DNA of 64,000 bases, from positions 8,224,001 through 8,288,000 of the forward strand of contig CP068257.2 in NCBI GenBank assembly GCA_009914755.4, in the 5' to 3' direction. The stretch's first letter is position 1. The number at the start of each line of letters is the position of its first letter. Source of the stretch: the human T2T-CHM13v2.0 reference genome, Homo sapiens. The notes below the pieces were generated by a model, which had not been told where the DNA came from, ran no database searches, and was given only the letters and a program-made list of their open reading frames with translations. The position numbers were made by a program, and so were the translations under genes. Of the stretch, positions 15,658-28,550 are shown in pieces.

Positions 15658-18600
15658 TTTCCTACTATAGGCCTGAAAGTGCTCCAAATATCCGTTAGCA
15701 GATACTGCAAAAAGACTGTTTCCAAACTGCTCAATCAAAGGAAATGTCCAACTCTGTGAGTTGAATGCACGCATCTCAAAGAGATTACTTATAATGATTC
15801 TGTCTAGTTTTGATGTGAAGATATTTGCTTTTCCACCAGTGGCCTCAAACTCTCCAAATATCCACTTGCAGATTCTACAATAAGAGTGTTTCAAAACTGC
15901 TCAATCAAAAGAAAGGTTCAACACTGTGAGATGAATGCACACGTCACAAAGCACTTTCTTAGAATGCTTCTGTCTAGCTTATATGTGAAGATATTTCTTT
16001 TTCACCATAGGCTGCAAAGCGCTCCAAATATCCCTTTCAGATTCTACAGAAAGAGTGTTTCAAAACTGTTCAATCAAAAGAGAAATTCAACTCTGGTGAT
16101 GAATGCACGCATCACAAAGCAGTTTCTCATAATGTTTCTGTCTAGTTTTTATGTGAAGATATTTCATTTTCCACTATAGGCCGTAATGCACTCCTAATAT
16201 CCACTTGCAGATTCTACAGAAAGACTGTTTGCAAACTGCTCAAACAAAAGAAAAGTTCAACTCTGTGAGTTGAATGAGCACATCACAAAGAAGTTTCTCA
16301 GAATGCTTCTGTCTAGTTTTTATGTGAATATATTTCCTTTTCTACTACAGGCCGTAATGCGCTCCAAATATCCACCTGCAGATTCTACAAAAAGACAGTT
16401 TCCAAACTGCTCAATCAAAAGAAAAGTTCAACTCTGTGAGTTGAATGAGCACATCACAAAGAAGTTTCTCAGAATGCTTCTATCTAGTTTTTATGTGAAT
16501 ATATTTCCTTTTCCACCACAGGCCAAAAACACTCCAAATATCCACTTGAAGATTCTACAAAAAGAGTGCTTCAAAAATGCTCAATCAAAAGAAAGGTTCA
16601 ACTCTTTGAGATGGATGCACACATCACAAAGAAGCTTCTCAGAATGTTCCTGTCTAGTTTTTTTGTGAAGATATTTCCTTTTCCACCGTAGTCCTCAAGT
16701 CTCTCCAAATATCTACTTTCAGAATCTCCAAAAAGAGTGTTTTAAAACTGCTGTACCAAAGACATTTTCATGTCTGAGATATGACTGCATACAACACAGA
16801 GAAGTTTCTCAAAGTGCTTCTGTTTATTTTTTTTATGAAGATATTTCCTTTTCCACTATTGGCCACAGAGCGCTCCAAATATCCACTGGCAGATTCTACA
16901 AAAAGAGTGTTTCAAAACTGCTCAATCAATAGAAAGTTTGAAGTCTGTGAGATGAATGCACACATCACAAAGGAGTTTCTAAGAATGCTTCCATCTGAAT
17001 TTTATGTGAGGATATTTCCTTTTTCACCATAGGCCTCAATACACTCCAAATATCCATTTACAGATAATACAAATGACTGTATCCAAACTGCTCAATCAAA
17101 AGAAAGTTCAACTGTGTATGATGAATGCACACATCACAAGGGTGTTTCTCAGAAAGTTTTTGCCTAGCTTTTAGGTGAAGATATTTCTTATTTCCCCAGA
17201 GGTCTCAATGGGCTCTCAAATATTCCCTTTCATATTCTACTAAATGACTGTATCGAAGCTGCTCAATCAAAAGACGGGTTTAACACTGTGAGACGAAAAT
17301 ACACCTTCCTAGGAAGTTTCTCAGAATTCTTCTTTCTAGTTTTTTATGTGAAGATATTTCCTTTTCCACTATAGGCCTCAAAGCGTTCCAAATATCCACT
17401 TGCAGAAACTACAAATAGAGCGTTTCAGAACTGCTCAATCAAAAGAAAGGTTCAACTCTGTGAGATGAATGCAGACATCAAAAAGAAGTTTCTCAGAATG
17501 CTTCTGCCTTGTTTTTATGTGAAGATATTTCCTTTTTCACCATAGGCCTCAAAGCACTGGTAATATCCATTTGCAGATACTACAAAAAGACTGTTCCCAA
17601 ACTGCTCAATAAAAAGAAAGTTTCAACTCTATGAGATAAAAGCAAATATCACAAAGAAGTTTCTCAGAAACTTTCTATCTAGTTTTTATGTGAACATATT
17701 TCTTATCACCCCATAGACCTCAATCGGCTCACAAGTATCCTTCTGCAGATTGTAAAAAACTACTGTTTCCAAACCGCTCAATCACAGGAAAGGTTTAACT
17801 CTGTGAAATGAATGCATCCATCACAGAGAAGTTTCTCAGAATGCTTCCGTCTCGTTTTTATGTGAAGAAGATTCCTTTTCCACCATATTCCTCATGCGCT
17901 CCAAAGAAACACTTGCAGATTCCGCTAAAAGAGTGTTTCAAAACTGCTCAATCAAAAGACAGGTTCTAGTCGGTGAGATGAATGCACACATCACAAAGAC
18001 GTTTCTATGAATGCTTCTGTCTGATTTATATTGAAGATATTTCCTTTTTCACCGTAGGCCTCAGAGTGCTTAAAATATCCATTTGCAGATACTAGAAAAG
18101 ACTGTTTCCAAACTGCTCAATCAAAATAAAGTTCAACTCAGTGAGATGAATGCACACATCACCAAGACGATTCTGACAAAGATTCTGTCTCGTTTTTATG
18201 TGAAGATATTTCCTGTTTCCCCAGAGGCATCAATGGGCTCACAAATATTCCTTTGCATATTCTACAAAATGACTGTTTAGAAGGTGCTGAATCAAAAAAA
18301 AAGTTCAACAGTGTGAGATGAATGCGCCCATTCAACGGAAGTTTCTCAGAATTCTTCTATCTAGTTTTTATGTGAAGATATTTCCTTTTTCACTATAGGC
18401 CAGAAAGTGCTCCAAATATCCACTTGCAGACTCTACAAAACGAGTGTATCCACACTGCTCAATCAAAAGAAAATTTCAACTGTGTGAGATGAATGCACAC
18501 ATCAAAATAAATTTCTCCAAAACTTCTGCCTACTTTTTATGGGAAGATATTTCGTTTTTCAACGTAGGCCAGAAGCACTCCAAATATCAATTTGCAGATT

Positions 18601-21275
18601 CTACAAAAAGACTGTTTCCAAACTGCTCAATCAAGAGAAAGTTTCAACCTGGTGAGTAGAAGTCACACATGACAAAATAGTTTCTCAGAAAGTATCTGTC
18701 TAGTTTTTATGTGAAGATATTTCCTATCACCCCAGAAGCCTCAATGGGCTCACAAATATTCCTTTGCAGATTCTACAAAACGACAGTTTCAAAACTGCTG
18801 AATCAAAAGAAAGGTTCAACTCTGTGAGATGAATGCACAGATCACAAATAAGTTTCTCAGAATGCTGCTGTCTAGTTTTTATGGGAAGATATTTCCTTTC
18901 CCACCATAGGCCTCAAAGCTCTCCAAATAGCCATTTGCAGATACTGTAAAAAGACTGTTTCCAAACTGCTGTATCAAAAGAAAGGTTGAACTCCATGAGT
19001 TGAATGCACACGTCACAAAGAAGTTTCTCAGAATGCTTCTGACTAGTTTTTATGTGAAGATATTTCCTTTTCCACTATAGGCCTCAAAGCGTTCCAAATA
19101 TCCACTTGCAGAAACTACAAATAGAGCGTTTCAGAACTGCTCAATCAAAAGAAAGGTTCAACTCTGTGAGATGAATGCAGACATCAAAAAGAAGTTTCTC
19201 AGAATGCTTCTGCCTTGTTTTTATGTGAAGATATTTCCTTTTTCACCATAGGCCTCAAAGCACTGGTAATATCCATTTGCAGATACTACAAAAAGACTGT
19301 TCCCAAACTGCTCAATAAAAAGAAAGTTTCAACTCTATGAGATAAAAGCAAATATCACAAAGAAGTTTCTCAGAAACTTTCTATCTAGTTTTTATGTGAA
19401 CATATTTCTTATCACCCCATAGACCTCAATCGGCTCACAAGTATCCTTCTGCAGATTGTAAAAAACTACTGTTTCCAAACCGCTCAATCACAGGAAAGGT
19501 TTAACTCTGTGAAATGAATGCATCCATCACAGAGAAGTTTCTCAGAATGCTTCCGTCTCGTTTTTATGTGAAGAAGATTCCTTTTCCACCATATTCCTCA
19601 TGCGCTCCAAAGAAACACTTGCAGATTCCGCTAAAAGAGTGTTTCAAAACTGCTCAATCAAAAGACAGGTTCTAGTCGGTGAGATGAATGCACACATCAC
19701 AAAGACGTTTCTATGAATGCTTCTGTCTGATTTATATTGAAGATATTTCCTTTTTCACCGTAGGCCTCAGAGTGCTTAAAATATCCATTTGCAGATACTA
19801 GAAAAGACTGTTTCCAAACTGCTCAATCAAAATAAAGTTCAACTCAGTGAGATGAATGCACACATCACCAAGACGATTCTGACAAAGATTCTGTCTCGTT
19901 TTTATGTGAAGATATTTCCTGTTTCCCCAGAGGCATCAATGGGCTCACAAATATTCCTTTGCATATTCTACAAAATGACTGTTTAGAAGGTGCTGAATCA
20001 AAAAAAAAGTTCAACAGTGTGAGATGAATGCGCCCATTCAACGGAAGTTTCTCAGAATTCTTCTATCTAGTTTTTATGTGAAGATATTTCCTTTTTCACT
20101 ATAGGCCAGAAAGTGCTCCAAATATCCACTTGCAGACTCTACAAAACGAGTGTATCCACACTGCTCAATCAAAAGAAAATTTCAACTGTGTGAGATGAAT
20201 GCACACATCAAAATAAATTTCTCCAAAACTTCTGCCTACTTTTTATGGGAAGATATTTCGTTTTTCAACGTAGGCCAGAAGCACTCCAAATATCAATTTG
20301 CAGATTCTACAAAAAGACTGTTTCCAAACTGCTCAATCAAGAGAAAGTTTCAACCTGGTGAGTAGAAGTCACACATGACAAAATAGTTTCTCAGAAAGTA
20401 TCTGTCTAGTTTTTATGTGAAGATATTTCCTATCACCCCAGAAGCCTCAATGGGCTCACAAATATTCCTTTGCAGATTCTACAAAACGACAGTTTCAAAA
20501 CTGCTGAATCAAAAGAAAGGTTCAACTCTGTGAGATGAATGCACAGATCACAAATAAGTTTCTCAGAATGCTGCTTTCTAGTTTTTATGGGAAGATATTT
20601 CCTTTCCCACCATAGGCCTCAAAGCTCTCCAAATAGCCATTTGCAGATACTGTAAAAAGACTGTTTCCAAACTGCTGTATCAAAAGAAAGGTTGAACTCC
20701 ATGAGTTGAATGCACACGTCACAAAGAAGTTTCTCAGAATGCTTCTGACTAGTTTTTATGTGAAGATATTTTCTTTTCCACAGTAGGCCTCAAAGCGCTG
20801 AAAATATCCACTTGAAGATTCTACAAATGAGAGTTTCAAAACTGCTCAAACAAAAGAAAGATTCAACTCTGTGAGATGAATGCACACATCACAAAGAAGT
20901 TTCTCAGAATGCTTCTGTCTAGTTTTATGTAAAGATATTTCCTTTTCTACTATAGGCCACAAAGCACTCCAAATATCAACTTGCAGATTCTGCAGAAAGA
21001 GTTTTTCAAAGCTGCTCAATCAAAAGAAAAGTTCAACTCTTTGAGATGAATGCACACATCAGGAAGTTCCTCAGAATGCTTCTATTTTTATGTGAAGATA
21101 TAGCCTTTTCTACCATAGACGACAAAACGCTCCAAATATCCCCTTGCAGTTTCTACTAAAAGAGTGTTTCCAAACTGCTCAATCAAAAGAAGTTTCAACT
21201 CTGTGAGATGAATGCACTCATCAATAAGAAGTTTCTCAGTAATTTTCTGTCTAGTTTTTATGTGAAGATATTTCC
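15658..21275. repeat. HOR copy 5, an expanded variant of 5,618 bp. It contains a 1,706-bp (10-monomer) internal tandem duplication.
   Basis: Anchors at 15640 and 21258 are 5,618 bp apart, which is 3,912 plus 1,706. ORFs at 18083/18444 recur identically at 19789/20150. At about 19050 the sequence jumps from HOR coordinate about 3390 back to about 1690. Confidence 0.85.
19051..20756. repeat. Second copy of the 10-monomer intra-HOR tandem duplication. The first copy is at about 17345-19050.
   Basis: Near-identical 1,706-bp blocks. Identical 65-aa and 71-aa ORF translations occur at 18083/19789 and 18444/20150. Confidence 0.8.
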
Positions 21276-24200
21276 TTTCCTACTATAGGCCTGAAAGTGC
21301 TCCAAATATCCGTTTGCAGATACTGCAAAAAGACTGTTTCCAAACTGCTCAATCAAAGGAAATGTCCAAATCTGTGAGTTGAATGCACGCATCTCAAAGA
21401 GATTACTCATAATGATTCTGTCTAGTTTTGATGTGAAGATATTTGCTTTTCCACCAGTGGCCTCAAACTCTCCAAATATCCACTTGCAGATTCTACAATA
21501 AGAGTGTTTCAAAACTGCTCAATCAAAAGAAAGGTTCAACACTGTGAGATGAATGCACACGTCACAAAGCACTTTCTTAGAATGCTTCTGTCTAGCTTTT
21601 ATGTGAAGATATTTCCTTTTTCACCATAGGCTGCAAAGCGCTCCAAATATCCCTTTCAGATTCTACAGAAAGAGTGTTTCAAAACTGTTCAATCAAAAGA
21701 GAAACTCAACTCTGGTGATGAATGCACGCATCACAAAGCAGTTTCTCATAATGTTTCTGTCTAGTTTTTATGTGAAGATATTTCATTTTCCACTATAGGC
21801 CGTAATGCACTCCTAATATCCACTTGCAGATTCTACAGAAAGACTGTTTGCAAACTGCTCAAACAAAAGAAAAGTTCAGCTCTGTGAGTTGAATGAGCAC
21901 ATCACAAAGAAGTTTCTCAGAATGCTTCTGTCTAGTTTTTATGTGAATATATTTCCTTTTCCACTATAGGCCGTAATGCGCTCCAAATATCCACCTGCAG
22001 ATTCTACAAAAAGACCGTTTCCAAAGTGCTCAATCAAAAGAAAAGTTCAACTCTGTGAGTTGAATGAGCACATCACAAAGAAGTTTCTCACAATGCTTCT
22101 ATCTAGTTTTTATGTGAATATATTCCCTTTTCCACCACAGGCCACAAACACTCCAAATATCCACTTGAAGATTCTACAAAAAGAGTGCTTCAAAAATGCT
22201 CAATCAAAAGAAAGGTTCAACTCTTTGAGATGGATGCACACATCACAAAGAAGCTTCTCAGAATGTTCCTGTCTAGTTTTTTTGTGAAGATATTTCCTTT
22301 TCCACCGTAGTCCTCAAGTCTCTCCAAATATCTACTTTCAGCATCTCCAAAAAGAGTGTTTTAAAACTGCTGTACCAAAGAAAGTTTCGTGTCTGAGATA
22401 TGACTGCATACAACACAGAGAAGTTTCTCAAAGTGCTTCTGTTTATTTTTTTTATGAAGATATTTCCTTTTCCACTATGGGCCACAGAGCGCTCCAAATA
22501 TTCACTGGCAGATTCTACAAAAAGAGTGTTTCAAAACTGCTCAATCAATAGAAAGTTTGAAGTCTGTGAGATGAATGCACACATCACAAAGGAGTTTCTA
22601 AGAATGCTTCCATCTGAATTTTATGTGAGGATATTTCCTTTTTCACCATAGGCCTCAATACACTCCAAATATCCATTTACAGATAATACAAATGACTGTA
22701 TCCAAACTGCTCAATCAAAAGAAAGTTCAACTGTGTATGATGAATGCACACATCACAAGGGTGTTTCTCAGAAAGTTTTTGTCTAGCTTTTAGGTGAAGA
22801 TATTTCTTATTTCCCCAGAGGTCTCAATGGGCTCTCAAATATTCCCTTTCATATTCTACTAAATGACTGTATCGAAGCTGCTCAATCAAAAGACGGGTTT
22901 AACAGTGTGAGACGAAAATACACCTTCCTAGGAAGTTTCTCAGAATTCTTCTGTCTAGTTTTTTATGTGAAGATATTTCCTTTTCCACTATAGGCCTCAA
23001 AGCGTTCCAAATATCCACTTGCAGATACTACAAATAGAGCGTTTCAAAACTGCTCAATCAAAAGAAAGGTTCAACTCTGTGAGATGAATGCAGACATCAA
23101 AAAGAAGTTTCTCAGAATGCTTCTGCCTTGTTTTTATGTGAAGATATTTCCTTTTTCACCATAGGCCTCAAAGCACTGGTAATATCCATTTGGAGATACT
23201 ACAAAAAGACTGTTCCCAAACTGCTCAATAAAAAGAAAGTTTCAACTCTATGAGATAAAAGCAAATATCACAAAGAAGTTTCTCAGAAAATTTCTATCTA
23301 GTTTTTATGTGAACATATTTCTTATCACCCCATAGACCTCAATCGGCTCACAAGTATCCTTCTGCAGATTGTAAAAAACTACTGTTTCCAAACCGCTCAA
23401 TCACAGGAAAGGTTTAACTCTGTGAAATGAATGCATCCATCACAGAGAAGTTTCTAAGAATGCTTCCGTCTCGTTTTTATGTGAAGAAGATTCCTTTTCC
23501 ACCATATTCCTCATGCGCTCCAAAGAAACACTTGCAGATTCCGCTAAAAGAGTGTTTCAAAACTGCTCAATCAAAAGAAAGGTTCTAGTCGGTGAGATGA
23601 ATGCACACATCACAAAGACGTTTCTATGAATGCTTCTGTCTGATTTATATTGAAGATATTTCCTTTTTCACCGTAGGCCTCAGAGTGCTTAAAATATCCA
23701 TTTGCAGATACTAGAAAAGACTGTTTCCAAACTGCTCAATCAAAATAAAGTTCAACTCAGTGAGATGAATGCACACATCACCAAGACGTTTCTGAGAAAG
23801 ATTCTGTCTCGTTTTTATGTGAAGATATTTCCTGTTTCCCCAGAGGCATCAATGGGCTCACAAATATTCCTTTGCATATTCTACAAAATGACTGTTTAGA
23901 AGGTGCTCAATCAAAAAAAAAGTTCAACAGTGTGAGATGAATGCGCCCATTCAACGGAAGTTTCTCAGAATTCTTCTATCTAGTTTTTATGTGAAGATAT
24001 TTCCTTTTTCACTATAGGCCACAAAGTGCTCCAAATATCCACTTGCAGACTCTACAAAACGAGTGTATCCACACTGCTCAATCAAAAGAAAATTTCAACT
24101 GTGTGAGATGAATGCACACATCAAAATAAATTTCTCCAAAACTTCTGCCTACTTTTTATGGGAAGATATTTCGTTTTTCAACGTAGGCCAAAAGCACTCC

Positions 24201-25188
24201 AAATATCAATTTGCAGATTCTACAAAAAGACTGTTTCCAAACTGCTCAATCAAGAGAAAGTTTCAACCTGGTGAGTAGAAGTCACACATGACAAAATAGT
24301 TTCTCAGAAAGTATCTGTCTAGTTTTTATGTGAAGATATTTCCTATCACCCCAGAAGCCTCAATGGGCTCACAAATATTCCTTTGCAGATTCTACAAAAC
24401 GACAGTTTCAAAACTGCTGAATCAAAAGAAAGGTTCAACTCTGTGAGATGAATGCACAGATCACAAATAAGTTTCTCAAAATGCTGCTGTCTAGTTTTTA
24501 TGGGAAGATATTTCCTTTCCCACCATAGGCCTCAAAGCTCTCCAAATAGCCATTTGCAGATACTGTAAAAAGACTGTTTCCAAACTGCTGTATCAAAAGA
24601 AAGGTTGAACTCCATGAGTTGAATGCACACGTCACAAAGAAGTTTCTCAGAATGCTTCTGACTAGTTTTTATGTGAAGATATTTTCTTTTCCACAGTAGG
24701 CCTCAAAGCGCTGAAAATATCCACTTGAAGATTCTACAAATGAGAGTTTCAAAACTGCTCAAACAAAAGAAAGATTCAACTCTGTGAGATGAATGCACAC
24801 ATCACAAAGAAGTTTCTCAGAATGCTTCTGTCTAGTTTTATGTAAAGATATTTCCTTTTCTACTATAGGCCACAAAGCACTCCAAATATCAACTTGCAGA
24901 TTCTGCAGAAAGAGTTTTTCAAAGCTGCTCAATCAAAAGAAAAGTTCAACTCTTTGAGATGAATGTACACATCAGGAAGTTCCTCAGAATGCTTCTATTT
25001 TTATGTGAAGATATAGCCTTTTCTACCATAGACCACAAAACGCTCCAAATATCCCCTTGCAGTTTCTACTAAAAGAGTGTTTCCAAACTGCTCAATCAAA
25101 AGAAGTTTCAACTCTGTGAGATGAATGCACTCATCAATAAGAAGTTTTTCAGTAATTTTCTGTCTAGTTTTTATGTGAAGATATTTCC
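21276..25188. repeat. HOR copy 6 (canonical length)
   Basis: Anchors at 21258 and 25171 are 3,913 bp apart. Confidence 0.85.
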
Positions 25189-28100
25189 TTTCCTACTATA
25201 GGCCTGAAAGTGCTCCAAATATCCGTTTGCAGATACTGCAAAAAGACTGTTTCCAAACTGCTCAATCAAAGGAAATGTCCAACTCTGTGAGTTGAATGCA
25301 CGCATCTCAAAGAGATTACTCATAATGATTCTGTCTAGTTTTGATGTGAAGATATTTGCTTTTCCACCAGTGGCCTCAAACTCTCCAAATATCCACTTGC
25401 AGATTCTACAATAAGAGTGTTTCAAAACTGCTCAATCAAAAGAAAGGTTCAACACTGTGAGATGAATGCACACGTCACAAAGCACTTTCTTAGAATGCTT
25501 CTGTCTAGCTTTTATTTGAAGATATTTCCTTTTTCACCATAGGCTGCAAAGCGCTCCAAATATCCCTTTCAGATTCTACAGAGAGAGTGTTTCAAAACTG
25601 TTCAATCAAAAGAGAAATTCAACTCTGGTGATGAATGCACGCATCACAGAGCAGTTTCTCATAATGTTTCTGTCTATTTTTTATGTGAAGTTATTTCATT
25701 TTCCACTATAGGCCGTAATGCACTCCTAATATCCACTTGCAGATTCTACAAAAAGACTGTTTGCAAACTGCTCAAACAAAAGAAAAGTTCAACTCTGTGA
25801 GTTGAATGAGCACATCACAAAGAAGTTTCTCAGAATGCTTCTGTCTAGTTTTTATGTGAATATATTTCCTTTTCCACTATAGGCCGTAATGTGCTCCAAA
25901 TATCCACCTGCAGATTCTACAAAAAGACTGTTTCCAAAGTGCTCAATCAAAAGAAAAGTTCAACTCTGTGAGATGAATGAGCACATCACAAAGAAGCTTC
26001 TCAGAATGTTTCTGTCTAGTTTTTTTGTGGAGATATTTCCTTTTCCACCGTAGTCCTCAAGTCTCTCCAAATACCTACTTTCAGAATCTCCAAAAAGAGT
26101 GTTTTAAAACTGCTGTACCAAAGAAAGTTTCATGTCTGAGTTATGACTGCATACAACACAGAGAAGTTTCTCAAAGTGCTTCTGTTTATTTTTTTTATGA
26201 AGATATTTCCTTTTCCACTATTGGCCACAGAGCGCTCCAAATATCCACTGGCAGATTCTACAAAAAGAGTGTTTCAAAACTGCTCAATCAATAGAAAGTT
26301 TGAAGTCTGTGAGATGAATGCACACATCACAAAGGAGTTTCTAAGAATGCTTCCATCTGAATTTTATGTGAGGATATTTCCTTTTTCACCATAGGCCTCA
26401 GTACACTCCAAATATCCATTTACAGATAATACAAATGACTGTATCCAAACTGCTCAATCAAAAGAAAGTTCAACTGTGTATGATGAATGCACAAATCACA
26501 ATGGTGTTTCTCAGAAAGTTTTTGTCTAGTTTTTAGGTGAAGATATTTCTTATTTCCCCAGAGGCCTCAATGGGCTCTCAAATATTCCCTTTCATATTCT
26601 ACTAAATGACTGTATCGAAGCTGCTCAATCAAAAGACGGGTTTAACAGTGTGAGACGAAAATACACCTTCCTAGGATGTTTCTCAGAATTCTTCTTTCTA
26701 GTTTTTTATGTGAAGATATTTCCTTTTCCACTATAGGCCTCAAAGCGTTCCAAATATCCACTTGCAGATACTACAAATAGAGCGTTTCAAAACTGCTCAA
26801 TCAAAAGAAAGGTTCAACTCTGCGAGATGAATGCAGACATCAAAAAGAAGTTTCTCAGAATGCTTCTGCCTTGTTTTTATGTGAAGATATTTCCTTTTTC
26901 AAAATAGGCCTCAAAGCACTGGTAATATCCATTTGCAGATACTACAAAAAGACTGTTCCCAAACTGCTCAATAAAAAGAAAGTTTCAACTCTAGCAGATA
27001 AAAGCAAATATCACAAAGAAGTTTCTCAGAAACTTTCTATCTATTTTTTATGTGAACATATTTCTTATCACCCCATAGACCTCAATCGGCTCACAAGTAT
27101 CCTTCTGTAGATTATGAAAAACTACTGTTTCCAAACCGCTCAATCACAGGAAAGGTTTAACTCTGTGAAATGAATGCATCCATCACAGAGAAGTTTCTCA
27201 GAATGCTTCCGTCTCGTTTTTATGTGAAGAAGATTCCTTTTCCACCATATTCCTCATGCGCTCCAAATAAACACTTGCAGATTCCGCTAAAAGAGTGTTT
27301 CAAAACTGCTCAATCAAAAGAAAGGTTCTAGTCGGTGAGATGAATGTACACATCCCAAAGAAGTTTCTATGAATGCTTCTGTCTGATTTATATTGAAGAT
27401 ATTTCCTTTTTCACCGTAGGCCTCAGAGTGCTTAAAATATCCATTTGCAGATACTAGAAAAGACTGTTTCCAAACTGCTCAATCAAAATAAAGTTCAACT
27501 CAGTGAGATGAATGCACACATCACCAAGACGTTTCTGAGAAAGATTCTGTCTCGTTTTTATGTGAAGATATTTCCTGTTTCCCCAGAGGCATCAATGGGC
27601 TCACAAATATTCCTTTGCATATTCTACAAAATGACTGTTTAGAAGGTGCTCAATCAAAAAAAAAGTTCAACAGTGTGAGATGAATGCGCCCATTCAAAGG
27701 AAGTTTCTCAGAATTCTTCTATCTAGTTTTTATGTGAAGATATTTCCTTTTTCACTATAGGCCACAAAGTGCTCCAAATATCCACTTGCAGACTCTGCAA
27801 AACGAGTGTATCCACACTGCTCAATCAAAAGAAAATTTCAACTGTGTGAGATGAATGCACACATCAAAATAAATTTCTCCAAAACTTCTGCCTACTTTTT
27901 ATGGGAAGATATTTCGTTTTTCAACGTAGGCCAAAAGCACTCCAAATATCAATTTGCAGATTCTACAAAAAGACTGTTTCCAAACTGCTCAATCAAGAGA
28001 AAGTTTCAACCCGGTGAGTAGAAGTCACACATGACAAAATAGTTTCTCAGAAAGTATCTGTCTAGTTTTTATGTGAAGATATTTCCTATCACCCCAGAAG

Positions 28101-28550
28101 CCTCAATGGGCTCACAAATATTCCTTTGCAGATTCTACAAAACGACAGTTTCAAAACTGCTGAATCAAGAGAAAGGTTCAACTCTGTGAGATGAATGCGC
28201 AGATCACAAATAAGTTTCTCAGAATGCTGCTGTCTAGTTTTTATGGGAAGATATTTCCTTTTCCACCATAGGCCTCAAAGCTCTCCAAATATCCATCTGC
28301 AGATACTGTAAAAAGACTGTTTCCAAACTGCTGAATCAAAAGAAAGGTTGAACTCCATGAGTTGAATGCACACGTCACAAAGAAGTTTCTCAGAATGCTT
28401 CTGACTAGTTTTTATGTGTAGATATTTTCTTTTCCACCATAGGCCTCAAAGCGCTGAAAATATCCACTTGAAGATTCTACAGAAAGAGAGTTTCAAAACT
28501 GGTCAAACAAAAGAATGATTCAACTCTGTGAGATGAATGCACACTTCACA
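25189..28550. repeat. HOR copy 7, a shortened variant. It lacks one monomer (junction about 25990-26000) and its last monomers fall within the 4-monomer copy 7/8 junction deletion at about 28548-28556.
   Basis: Anchors 22400 and 26143 are 3,743 bp apart, which is 3,914 minus 171. At about 25996 the first half of one monomer is fused in register to the second half of the next-but-one monomer. At about 28550 the sequence jumps from HOR coordinate about 3540 to about 290 of the next unit. Confidence 0.75.
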
